Both the position numbers and the translations under genes were made by a program. A DNA stretch of 64,000 nucleotides, taken from NCBI GenBank assembly GCA_001662655.1, contig KV460262.1, one strand, 5' to 3'. Of this stretch, positions 1-10,367 are shown piece after piece. The notes beneath the pieces are model-generated. The model saw only the letters and a program-made list of their open reading frames with translations, was not told the origin of the DNA and made no database searches. Position 1 is the first letter of the stretch, and every line of letters starts with the position of its first letter. This DNA is from Pseudogymnoascus verrucosus. Lineage: Eukaryota.

Positions 1-133
1 TAGAGTAGATGCTTCAACAGTACCTCATAATTTCAGCTCTGTCATAAACGGCCGAACTAGTCATGTGACGACCAGGCCCTGCCTTGTGGCGACTAACTCG
101 TGGGGTTGAGGGTCCGTGCATTCGCGGACCACC

Positions 134-146
134 GAAAGCTCTAGAA
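134..146 (+). promoter_or_regulatory. Putative heat shock element upstream of STI1
   Basis: GAAagCTCtaGAA fits nGAAn-nTTCn-nGAAn with one mismatch and lies ~160 bp upstream of the ATG of a heat-inducible co-chaperone. Confidence 0.45.
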
Positions 147-302
147 GTACATGGGCTGCATGGTGATAATATTGATATCTTGCACCTCCATCATCACTTC
201 TTTATACCTCCGAAACGATTCCGCAAGAACGAACAGCTTCTTGACCACCTAATATTATTCTAATCCCAACCCATTAATTATACCATAAACGTCAAATTCA
301 TC

Positions 303-2280
303 ATGAGCGCAGACGAGCTCAAGGCTTTGGGGAACAAGGCAATTGCGGAGAAGAATTTCGACGAGGCTGTGTAAGTTTTACTTCTTCCTGAGCCTGGCCC
401 CATGACTTCACGGGACCCAGACTCCCCCCGTTGCCAGTTTCTCCGCACGCGTAGGATTCCTCAAGACCCAGCTAGCTGACTTGCCAAACAGTGAGAAATT
501 CACCGAAGCCATCGCCATCGAGCCAACCAACCACATTCTCTACTCAAACCGCTCGGCCGCGTACGCCTCAAAGAAGGATTACGAGCACGCCCTCGAGGAT
601 GCCACCAAAGTCACAGAGATCAAGCCAGACTGGGCAAAGGGATGGGGACGCAAGGGTGCTGCTATGCACGGTCTTGGAGACCTCTTGGGGGCGCACGATG
701 CGTACGAGGAGGGGCTGAAGTTGGATCCGGCTAATGCACAGAACAAGAATGGGTTGGCGTCGGTAAACAAGGCCATTGATGCTGAGGCTAAGGAGGGTAT
801 GTGAAGAAATGCGATCTAGACGAGAATATGTGTACTGACGAGTGTAGATGGTGTTACAGGCGACCCAACTGGTGGACTGGGCAACATGTTCAACGATCCC
901 CAGCTCCTCCAGAAGCTTTCTGCGAACCCAAAGACTGCGCCGTTCCTCGCGGACCCAGCGTTCATGTACAAGCTCAACCAGATCAAGTCCCAGCCCAGCA
1001 TGTCGCAAGACCTGTTCAGCGACCCAAGGATGATCCAAGTCCTCGGTGTCCTCATGGGTGTTGACATGGACATGATGGGAGGTGGCGGCGCCGCCGGCCA
1101 AGCCGGCCCTGGCGCCAGAGAGGCCGAGGAGGACGTCCCCATGACCGACGCCCGCCCAACCAAGTCCGCGCCCGCCCCAGCCCCCGAGCCCGAGCCAGTT
1201 GTGGAGGAGGACGAGGAAGCCATCGCCAAGAAGGCAGCCAAGGAGGAAGCCGACAAGGAGAAGGCCCTCGGGACCGCCGAGTACAAGAAGCGCAACTTCG
1301 ACGACGCCGTAGCCCACTACACCAAGGCGTGGGAGCTACACAAGGACATCACGTACCTCAACAACGTCGGCGCGGCCAAGTTTGAGAAGGGCGACTACGA
1401 GGGCGCCATCGCGGCGTGCAAGGAGGCCGTCGAGTACGGCCGCGAGGTCTACGCCGACTTCAAGATGATCGCCAAGTCGTACGCGCGCATCGGCTCCTCG
1501 TACGAGAAGCAGGGCGACTACGTCCAGGCCATCGCCAACTTCCAGAAGTCCCTCACCGAACACCGCACCCCGGATGTCGTGAACAAGCTCCGCGCCGCCG
1601 AGAAGACTAAGATCGACACCGCGAAGAAGGCGTACATCGACCCCGCCAAGGCCGAGGAGGCGCGCGAGCTCGGAAACGCAAAGTTCAAGGAGAGCGACTG
1701 GCCTGCTGCTGTCGCGGCGTATACGGAGATGACGAAGCGTGCCCCTGAGGACCCGAGGGGTTACTCGAATCGCGCGGCGGCGTTTATGAAGTTGCTTGAG
1801 TTCCCGTCGGCGCTGGATGACTGCGATCAGGCTATCAAGCGTGATCCGAAGTTCATCCGTGCGTACCTGAGGAAGGCGCAGGCCTACTTTGGTATGAGGG
1901 ATTATAGCAAGTGTCTTGATATGTGTGAGTTGGCTACGGGCGTGGATGAGTCGGGCGCGAATAAGAGGGAGATTGATCAGCAGCAGCAGAAGGCGCTGCA
2001 GGCTATGTATGCCACGAGGGATGGGGAGACGGAGCAGCAGACTAAGGAGAGGATTCAGAAGGATCCTGAGGTAAGATAAACCCACTCCATGCCTGGAAAC
2101 TTGACAATGCTAATGATGGTGCTATAGATCATGGCAATCATGTCCGACCCGGTCATGAACAGCATTCTCCAGCAGGCCCAGAACGACCCCTCGGCGCTGC
2201 AGGAGCACATGAAGAACCCGGCGATCCGCGCGAAGATCACTAAGCTCACTTATGCGGGTGTTATCCGTATGGGAAGGTAA
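303..2280 (+). CDS. STI1: Hsp70/Hsp90 organizing co-chaperone Sti1/HOP
   Basis: Spliced exons 303-370, 492-796, 848-2070, 2128-2280. Starts MSADELKALGNKA. Has three TPR clusters (YSNRSAAYA, YSNRAAAF) and DP domains (FSDPRMIQVL, IMSDPVMNSILQQAQNDP). Confidence 0.96.
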
Positions 2281-2941
2281 GTGGGTTGAGTTCTGACGTA
2301 GCCAAGCCAAAGGTTTGTTGGTAGCTAGTGGTGGGGATGATGGATATGAAGATTGGAATAGGAGATTGGATGGATAGGGGCAAAGGGCGTTTGTATTCTA
2401 CATAACTACTCGTTGCTGATTAGCGAAATGTGATGATTGCATGCTATTTTTTGTGCCTGTATGGCTGTTCTGGGGGTATAGGTTTGCTCTCGTATTGTAG
2501 GAGTGCTATGGTTGTGATTTAGGCAGCTTCATCCCATGGAGAAACACTGCTGCAGCAGTGGCTGGACTAGTTGATGCGCTTGTAGTTGATATATAGGACT
2601 TTACGGGATCTGATTGCGGAGTTGGGTGGTGTCAGGTTGATGCTTGGGTGAGAATAGGCGCCGGCGAGAAGAGGCCGCGGTGACAATAGTTGGTGGTGGC
2701 GGTGAGAATACGCGGCGGCAAAAAAGCAGGCTGGGGTGCAAATGTGGGCTAGCCATTGTGAAGCTAGAGGGTTCCAGAAACATTACCGGGAGCACTTAAC
2801 TCTGGTGTATAAGCCCAGCTTTAATGGACTTCCAGGAGAGCCTAATGTATATTATCTCATAAATCCCAAGGTGCGTTGATTGCTCCGGTTCTAGAATTCT
2901 ATTCGTATATAACACCTATTACAGCCACACACCACACCCCC

Positions 2942-4057
2942 TCACAAAAACTTCCCCCTCTCAAACCTCGACCCAAAATCCCCTGCCTTCCTCAACATCT
3001 CCTGCTTCTGCACATGCCCAATCCTTCCCCCCAGTCCCATATCCTTCTCCTTATCAAACCCCCGCTTACTCGGATCATCCTCCTCCTCCTTCCCCGCCTG
3101 CCTCCCCGTATGCTCCTCCACCATACTCTTCCCCCTCATTCTCTCATTATACTCACGAATCCTCTTCGCTATCGCCGCTTGCTCTGCTTCATCCTCCCCT
3201 CCCGCTCCTCTGGCACCTCTCGTCTCGTTCTTGCCGGAATTCGTAGCTACCTCCTTTCGTCCTAACACCTCGTCCTCAAGCCGCTGCCGTTTTTCCTGGG
3301 GCGTCTCGGTCCATATTGCACTAATCCCGCTCTTCTCACCCGGCGCCTTCGCTCCCTTCCCTGATGCGAATTTTCGGGTCTTCAGCTTCGTAGGATCGAC
3401 GCGCGCGGTCCAGTCATCCGCACCTGGGGGGACTAGCATCCAGTCTGCGCGCTTGGGCGCGCTGGATGCTGCAGCGGCGGTGGCGGCGGATGCGCGAGCC
3501 GTTTCGCGGGCACGGGTGGCAGATGCGGCGGCGGCTACTGCTGCTGCGGAACCGGGGGCGGGGGGGAGGGAGGGTCCGTAGTCGTCGTCTGAGGAGGAGT
3601 CCGGATCTTCTGTAGGACGTTCGGAGAGGGAGGCTGGAGGGGGGGCCGGGCCCAAGACACGGTGGGGTGCTGGGGCGGCAGTGGTTGCGGTGGAAGGGGG
3701 GAGAGAGGGCCCGGCGTCGTCGTCGGAACTGTCGTCGAGTGGGATTTCGTCGGTATTCTGTGGTGGTGGCATTGCCGGGCCCACTACACGGCGCGGTTTA
3801 GACTCTGTAGCTGGCATTACGCCGGGGGGTAGGGAAGGGCCGGGCTCATCGTCGGAGCTGGAGTCGAGGCCGATTTCTTCTTCGTTGTGGGTGGGTGGCA
3901 TGGAGGGGCCGAGGACGCGACGAGGCTGAGTATCTGTATCGCGGCTTGTTGCGCGGATTTTGGTGGGGGGAGAGGGAGGATTGAGGGTTGTGGTATCGTC
4001 TGTTGAGCGCTTGCGCTTCGCGAGGTGAGGAGGTAGTTGGGGGCCTATTCCTGACAT
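2942..4057 (-). CDS. GPALPP-motif / DUF3752 domain protein
   Basis: Likely start MSGIGPQLPPHL at 4057. Repeated GPSMPP/GPSLPP/GPAMPP motifs, WMLVPP, IWTETP, and C-terminal DDPSKRGFDKEKDM...FGSRFERGKFL. Confidence 0.85.
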   Translation of the reverse strand: MSGIGPQLPPHLAKRKRSTDDTTTLNPPSPPTKIRATSRDTDTQPRRVLGPSMPPTHNEEEIGLDSSSDDEPGPSLPPGVMPATESKPRRVVGPAMPPPQNTDEIPLDDSSDDDAGPSLPPSTATTAAPAPHRVLGPAPPPASLSERPTEDPDSSSDDDYGPSLPPAPGSAAAVAAAASATRARETARASAATAAAASSAPKRADWMLVPPGADDWTARVDPTKLKTRKFASGKGAKAPGEKSGISAIWTETPQEKRQRLEDEVLGRKEVATNSGKNETRGARGAGGEDEAEQAAIAKRIREYNERMRGKSMVEEHTGRQAGKEEEDDPSKRGFDKEKDMGLGGRIGHVQKQEMLRKAGDFGSRFERGKFL

Positions 4058-4540
4058 GGTGATGAGTTGTTGTTGAGGTGGGAAGTTGAGGAGTAGCAGA
4101 GGTGGAAAGGCTGAGGTTGGAGAAATTGATAGCCTAGTCCATGGCGTCGTCGTACCTCCCCAGGTTCGCGGCAATTTCCGCAGCGGCAGACCTCCCTGGT
4201 CACAACAGGCTACCAGTTTGGGTTGCTAAGAACGAGAAGAGCTACCTCTTCATCGCCTTGGAGGTTATTTCTTCGACGTAAATCACCTTCGAATCTGATT
4301 CTGTTTCCAGTGCCTGAGTAAGGAAACTACACCAGGGGGCCGCGCACGTATCGCAAGCTCTTACGAAGCTTATCTACAGACCCCAATTCGCACCCTAGAT
4401 GTCAACGAGCTACCCATTGACGATTCCCACGCACTCCAGAGCCAATCCGATTAGCACTTTAAGATACCGCGTAGATCTGCGCCATTGACTGCGCCGCTGA
4501 AATACGACATCGGTGCCATGCGCCAGTATAGGACACTCCG

Positions 4541-7500
4541 ATGAGCTCCTCTTCGTCGGAGACGGATGGGTCGGTAGTGGGGGCGGGAGATAATGGGAGG
4601 CCGGGGGATAGAGGAGATGAGGAGTGGGAGGAACAACATAGCGATGGAGGAGAAGGCAGGATATCAAATATGCTGGAGGAGGAAATTGCTGCGAGCGCAG
4701 CTCCGGCACGCACCGGGAACGGCGTCCATGGCGACGGATACGAGCATATGGATGAGGCTGGGAGCGACTTTGGAGATCTCTCCCCGGCGCACACTCCTAT
4801 AAGGAATGGCAGCCCGGCTGATTCAATGATGTCGATCCCAGACGATACGCCTTCCATACAGGGCTCCGTTATGTCCTCGCCAGGAAGCAGTGTCTTACCA
4901 TCGATGGCCTCTCGACAAATGCTCGGCAGCCCCACGCCGTCCTTCAGGCCATTCGATCGCCGATTCTCATCTCGTCTTGCTCCGCCATCTGGTGTCTATT
5001 CACCGAGAGCGCTATCACCGGCATTTTACCCCTCGCATTCGCGGCAGGTCTCGCTCAATAGCCAGGTGCCTCTGGATGGAGAAGAAGTCGATACTCCCTC
5101 GCCCCCTTGGGAGGTCGTGCGTTGGACGAAGCTCAAGAAAATGAATGGGCAAACCTTCTCGGAGGTTGGGAAGAGGAATTTTGGTACGCCTACTTGCATA
5201 GCTGTGTCAGCGTCTATTGTCGTGGGGACTTCGAAAGGAATAATTCTGGTCTTCGACTATCACCAAAATTTGAAGTCTATCATCGGACAAGGCACTAAAG
5301 CTGTGGAGTCTGGCGCTATCAGCTCCATAGCCATTTCGGCTGACCATTCCACCGTTGCTGGGGGGCATGTTAGTGGAGACATCTTCACTTGGGAGATAGC
5401 TAAAGCTTCTCGGCCATTTCTACATATACCGGCGGTAGAAGTGTCGACATTGCAAGCTCGGAGTCTCGACGGCCACGTACCGAACGTTGCCATCACTCAC
5501 TTGGGGTTTTTGGGCACAAGACACACTGCTATTGTCTCTGCTGATGATCGTGGGATGGCATTTTCGCATCTTGCAACTCGAGGGACTGGTTCTGTGGGCC
5601 GCCGCGTGAAAACGACACGGATACTTGGCAGGTATCCCAACGACTCTGCCATTACTGGGAAACCGCGGAAACCCAGCACTGTTCTGGCGTTTGCATCTCT
5701 GCCACTGGGTAATGTGGAGCGCGGGACGGATACACTGGGGCTGACAGCCATGTTAACGCCATATTTACTGGTTATCGTTTCGACAACACCAGTTGCGGAA
5801 ACACAACATAAAGCTGCTCGTCCGAAAGAAGTCGCAGCCCACGGAGCCATGAGTGGTTGCTTAGCATGGTTCCCAGCCGTGAAGCTGAAAGTGAAAGACC
5901 CGGAAACTGGAGACACAGTGTCGAAGGTTAAACTGGTGTATTGCTGGTCGAATGTCCTCACCATCATGGATGTTGAAGAGTTTGAAGCGGAGGGCGACAA
6001 ACAGCCCAGTTTGAATTTCAAGGCGCGAAGTCGCTGGAAGTCTGATGAAGCAATTGTTGCCGTTCAATGGCTTAGTCGATCGGTTTTGGCTGTTTTGACG
6101 ATAACCCAGAGACTCATTATCCTCGAAGACCACACAATGAGGATGACGGAAGCATTTGACCTCCTTTACAAACATATTTATCACAAGGATCTATTTTCAG
6201 ACCAGCTGCACAGTCTAGTTGAACAATTAGACGAGGAAGATTCATCGATGCATGGTGTGGTGGCAGATGCTTTCTATATGAGCTTCCGAGCTTACAAAGG
6301 CCGGATGTTCCTTCTTGGGTTCAATGACATCTCAATAGGAGCAGTATCAAACTGGGCCGATCGGCTGATCGCCCTTATGGAAAACGGCGACTACATCGGC
6401 GCGATCAACTTGGCAACATCTTACTTCACGGGTGATGCGGATAAGCTTACCATTGGCTTACCTGAGGACAGCGGGTTAAGGCATTCCATTGTACGAGATA
6501 AGCTCTTGGAGATTATGACCGCTTCTCTGAAATTCGCTTTTGGAAGCAGCAAGACGTCGGCTAGGAGAAGTGAGAGAGAGACGGAATTAAAAGAACTCGC
6601 ACAGGCTTGTTTTGCGGCTTCGCTTGCCATTGATGATACGGACTATCTTTTCGACGATGTGTATGAATGGTACGAACATGGCGACTTCCTTGGTGTATTT
6701 CTGGAGACTCTCGAGCCCTACATATTGGAAGAGGAGATAACTACAGTTCCGCCGATTGTCGTAAAGTCTCTGGTCTCGCATTTCGTCTCGGAGGGACTAG
6801 AAAGCCGATTAGAAGAAATACTCTGCCGTATGGAGACTGCGACGTTTGATATAGACCAGATTACGGCACTGTGCAAACAGAACAACCTCTACGATGCCCT
6901 AATATATATCTGGACCCAGGCTCTTGATGACTATATCGCGCCGTTGGTCTACCTATTAAAATTGCTAGTACCAATGGTCCAAGAGGGTGGCCATCTGGCG
7001 AACGGCGAGCTGATGGACGATCCCCTATACGGCGTCAATGCGTTGAAAATGTTCCCATACATGTCATATACCCTCACAGGGCGTGTGTATCCCACGGGCC
7101 AGCCTCTCACAGACGAGCAGGCCAAGAAAGCAAAGTCTGAGATCTACTGGTTTTTGTTCTCGGGAAATACTATCACCTGGCCAGTTGGGAGTTCCAAGCC
7201 TTTCCTCACGATGCCACATGCGGATGACGAGCCATCGTTCCCCTACCTTCGCATGATCTTAAAATACGACGCGCCCAGCCTGTTGAGTTCGCTGAATGAA
7301 GCATTTGAGGACCCATTTCTTAATGATACTCATGATGAGGCTGATCCAGCAGAGGCTGACCCCGATATGCGCGAAGAGCAACTCTTTGGACAATCCGTCA
7401 ATCGCCAATACATTATCAGCATATTGCTTGAGGTGATGAATCGAGCAGACTTTGCTCCGGAGGATACGATATACCTGGATATGTTTATTGCAAGGAACCT

Positions 7501-9304
7501 TCCAAAATTCCCTCAGTACCTGCTGCTCTCAGGGTCATCACTCCACAAAATCCTCACTGGACTTTGCAACTATCCCGGCGATGATATAGCTGACGATGCT
7601 CAGCTGAGTGCGGAGTACTTGTTGTCTATTTATCACCCAACAGATATCCAATCCCTAATACCCCTATTCCGGAAAGCCAAATTCTTCAGGGCGCTGAAGA
7701 ACGTATACAAATCCGCCAAGCAATATGGGCAACTCCTGCAAACATATTTCGAAGACCCAGAAGATCAAGAATCGGTATTTGATGTTATTGGCGACTGTCT
7801 GAGGGCTCAAGGTGGCCCCAGCCCGAAGCAAATCGAAGATATACACGGTGTTATTCGAAGCCATGCGAGAGACCTCGTAGCTATCGATGCCGTGAAATCA
7901 GCACAAACAGTGGCGGAATATTGCCTAGAGCTGCACCAGGACATCTTGGACGCGCTTTCTGAAGATCCCGAACACGAGTACCGGTATCTCCAGGCCATTC
8001 TCGAGCCAGAAAAGGTCGGAAACCCTGAGGCTAAGCCAGTTCACGAGAAATTATTCATCGAAAGATATGTCCTGCTAATGTGTAGCTTTGATGCCCTACA
8101 TGTGGCGGAGTTTGTAGAGGGTATCCAAGCGTCGGATCTTCGTCTTGATAAAGTCCTCCCAGCCATGGAAGATGGCGGCGTTGTCGATGCTGCAGTAATA
8201 TTAATGGCCCGAGAGGGCCTCATTGGAGACGCAATGAAGAGACTGACTGAGCATCTTGGTAAACTTGAAGGCGCACTTACGGGCTTACTACAATCCAACG
8301 ACCAAGATATGCATCCAGACAATCTTGAAGAGGCCGCAGAAGTTCTTCTTGAATCGCTCCAGAAATATACAGGTGTGGGGATCTGGCTTTGCAAAAAGAA
8401 CAGCAAATCTACATCTGGCAAGGCAGTAAACGGAACTCAAAGGAGAAAATCGGCTATGAATACTGGGCTGAACCCTCAAGAATCACTCTGGCTCGAATTA
8501 ATCGATGCAGTAGTGCAAATCACCAAGAATATCTCTTCTTCCCTGTTAAATCTAGACGGATTTCAAGCAACAAATCTCGATGGCGGGAAGCTTCTCTTCA
8601 GCCTACGTTCCCTGGTGCAAACCACCTTTACAGCTCTTCTTACGGCTACGTCTGGGCCCTCTGGAGGTAATATATCATTCCTCCGAATCCTTCGCGCCTT
8701 CCTCACAAGAGCATCCGTCTCATCCCCCACCATCACGGATCTCCGAGCTGTATTGACGTCCATATTTTCGGCATACGCATATGAAGAGAGCATCCTTGGT
8801 CTTGCTAACAGGCTGCTCGACAAAGATCTTTTCGTCAACGTCGACTCCGCATCTCATCTGCGCAAGCGGGGGTGGAGGCCTCGTGGATCGGTGTGCGAAG
8901 GATGCCATCGCCGAACGTGGGGACCCGGCGTAGCTGGCGATGTCCTAGGGCGATGGGAGGGGAAGCAGGCTGCTGATGCCATCAAGCGGGAAGAGCGATG
9001 GTTACTGAAATCCGGGGCGGCGGGTCGCGGGAAGGAGAGGGCGAAATCGCAGGATGGGGGTAATATGGATGGTAAAGGCAAGGCCAAGGCTTTTGACGGA
9101 CATGAGGATGACGAAGATCGCGGGGATGGGTTTAATGGCATGGCTACAAGCAAAGTGCCGGACCTGGGGCCGCTTGTTGTGTTTGCGTGCAGGCATTTGT
9201 ACCATCGGCAATGTCTCGAAGCTGCACTGGCAAAGAAGGCGGAAGGGACTTGGAGAGAGCCTGCACATGATGGGAGGGAGTTTAGATGTCCAATAGATGG
9301 ATAG
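4541..9304 (+). CDS. VPS8: CORVET complex subunit Vps8
   Basis: Uninterrupted 1587-aa ORF: N-terminal beta-propeller (FGTPTCIAVS, IVVGTSKGIILVFDY), central helical region (LCKQNNLYDALIYIW) and C-terminal RING-H2-like CEGC...FACRHLYHRQC...CP. Confidence 0.9.
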   Translation: MSSSSSETDGSVVGAGDNGRPGDRGDEEWEEQHSDGGEGRISNMLEEEIAASAAPARTGNGVHGDGYEHMDEAGSDFGDLSPAHTPIRNGSPADSMMSIPDDTPSIQGSVMSSPGSSVLPSMASRQMLGSPTPSFRPFDRRFSSRLAPPSGVYSPRALSPAFYPSHSRQVSLNSQVPLDGEEVDTPSPPWEVVRWTKLKKMNGQTFSEVGKRNFGTPTCIAVSASIVVGTSKGIILVFDYHQNLKSIIGQGTKAVESGAISSIAISADHSTVAGGHVSGDIFTWEIAKASRPFLHIPAVEVSTLQARSLDGHVPNVAITHLGFLGTRHTAIVSADDRGMAFSHLATRGTGSVGRRVKTTRILGRYPNDSAITGKPRKPSTVLAFASLPLGNVERGTDTLGLTAMLTPYLLVIVSTTPVAETQHKAARPKEVAAHGAMSGCLAWFPAVKLKVKDPETGDTVSKVKLVYCWSNVLTIMDVEEFEAEGDKQPSLNFKARSRWKSDEAIVAVQWLSRSVLAVLTITQRLIILEDHTMRMTEAFDLLYKHIYHKDLFSDQLHSLVEQLDEEDSSMHGVVADAFYMSFRAYKGRMFLLGFNDISIGAVSNWADRLIALMENGDYIGAINLATSYFTGDADKLTIGLPEDSGLRHSIVRDKLLEIMTASLKFAFGSSKTSARRSERETELKELAQACFAASLAIDDTDYLFDDVYEWYEHGDFLGVFLETLEPYILEEEITTVPPIVVKSLVSHFVSEGLESRLEEILCRMETATFDIDQITALCKQNNLYDALIYIWTQALDDYIAPLVYLLKLLVPMVQEGGHLANGELMDDPLYGVNALKMFPYMSYTLTGRVYPTGQPLTDEQAKKAKSEIYWFLFSGNTITWPVGSSKPFLTMPHADDEPSFPYLRMILKYDAPSLLSSLNEAFEDPFLNDTHDEADPAEADPDMREEQLFGQSVNRQYIISILLEVMNRADFAPEDTIYLDMFIARNLPKFPQYLLLSGSSLHKILTGLCNYPGDDIADDAQLSAEYLLSIYHPTDIQSLIPLFRKAKFFRALKNVYKSAKQYGQLLQTYFEDPEDQESVFDVIGDCLRAQGGPSPKQIEDIHGVIRSHARDLVAIDAVKSAQTVAEYCLELHQDILDALSEDPEHEYRYLQAILEPEKVGNPEAKPVHEKLFIERYVLLMCSFDALHVAEFVEGIQASDLRLDKVLPAMEDGGVVDAAVILMAREGLIGDAMKRLTEHLGKLEGALTGLLQSNDQDMHPDNLEEAAEVLLESLQKYTGVGIWLCKKNSKSTSGKAVNGTQRRKSAMNTGLNPQESLWLELIDAVVQITKNISSSLLNLDGFQATNLDGGKLLFSLRSLVQTTFTALLTATSGPSGGNISFLRILRAFLTRASVSSPTITDLRAVLTSIFSAYAYEESILGLANRLLDKDLFVNVDSASHLRKRGWRPRGSVCEGCHRRTWGPGVAGDVLGRWEGKQAADAIKREERWLLKSGAAGRGKERAKSQDGGNMDGKGKAKAFDGHEDDEDRGDGFNGMATSKVPDLGPLVVFACRHLYHRQCLEAALAKKAEGTWREPAHDGREFRCPIDG

Positions 9305-9452
9305 CTGTATATAGCTCAAATAGTTATTTCCTGATACGGACTTGGAACGTCACGTTCGCGTCTTCACTGCAACACAGAACGAATGATATTGGCTTGTGAT
9401 GACTGCTGTATAATGGTATATAACGACTTAATTTGAATGTTACTGCACCGTA

Positions 9453-10188
9453 TCAATCGAGGTCCATGCCATCAGCCTCGCCCTCTTCTACAGCCATAGG
9501 CTCTACAGCTGGGTCAATAACAACGTTATTGTTAGTGAGAGGACGGGCTGAAACTAGAGGCTTAGAAGCCGACTGATTCGCTGGTATTTCCGATGTTTCT
9601 TTATGGTCTCCTGGTTGGCCTACCCCCAGCTTCTCCTGTGCCCTGCGCCTGGACTCAAGGATTGCTTTCCTCACACTGTCTTTCTCGTCTGTTAAAGTCA
9701 GTGAGTGTGGGATATCGTATAATACCATGGCCTGGCTTTTGTTCATTCCCGCTAGTTCTCCATCCTTATTCGCGAGGACAGATGAGGGTATGCGCCTGTT
9801 CAAGAGGCGCTTCTCGATATCTGGTAAAAAGACCAGTTTATTTTCGTCCTCCGATGATTCGATCTCCTCGAGCTCTTTATCCAAATCGTATATGTAAACT
9901 TTATGTTTCGTATCGTCTAATCGCATCGTATCTTCGTCAACTGGTTGTCTTTCTGGTGTCTTGAGGACTGGGAGCGTGTTGGGTCGTTGCTCGACGCAGG
10001 CATGGAGGTGATCGGCATTGTGGTCTACATCAGCTGAAATTAGCCCGAGTCCGAATGAAATGAATACGGAGTGAATAAGAACCTAAATTGAGAGTGCTAA
10101 GCTTCTTCGACAGTCTGTCGTTGTTGACATCCAGTGTCTCAGCCTTTCTCTTCTTGACCCTGCCGTCCATCGCGCGACGGCGCTCCAT
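9453..10188 (-). CDS. Fungal hypothetical protein
   Basis: Exon 1 (10188-10083, MERRRAMDGRVKKRKAE...RLSKKLSTLNL) joins exon 2 in frame across a GT-AG intron at 10082-10034. Exon 2 contains MRLDDTKHKVYIYDLDKEL and MVLYDIPHSLT. Confidence 0.75.
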
Positions 10189-10367
10189 CACATTATTTCG
10201 TAGCCCGAGCTCCAGCCAACTTTTTCTTTTATCAACCGCTCGTCAATAAGATTGTATTATCTACAGCGAACGAGCTTTGTGTTCTCGTCGCGACGTCGAG
10301 CTCGATTGATTCTTTGTTTGTAGCTGCTGTTCGATTGGGCGGCTCGTCTCGCAGACGATAGCGCTGG

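Noticed and set aside
568..2085. Two 249-aa antisense ORFs opposite STI1, and similar shadows opposite TFIIS, the secreted repeat protein and ERO1
   Set aside because: Codon-bias shadows of real genes with no recognisable domains.
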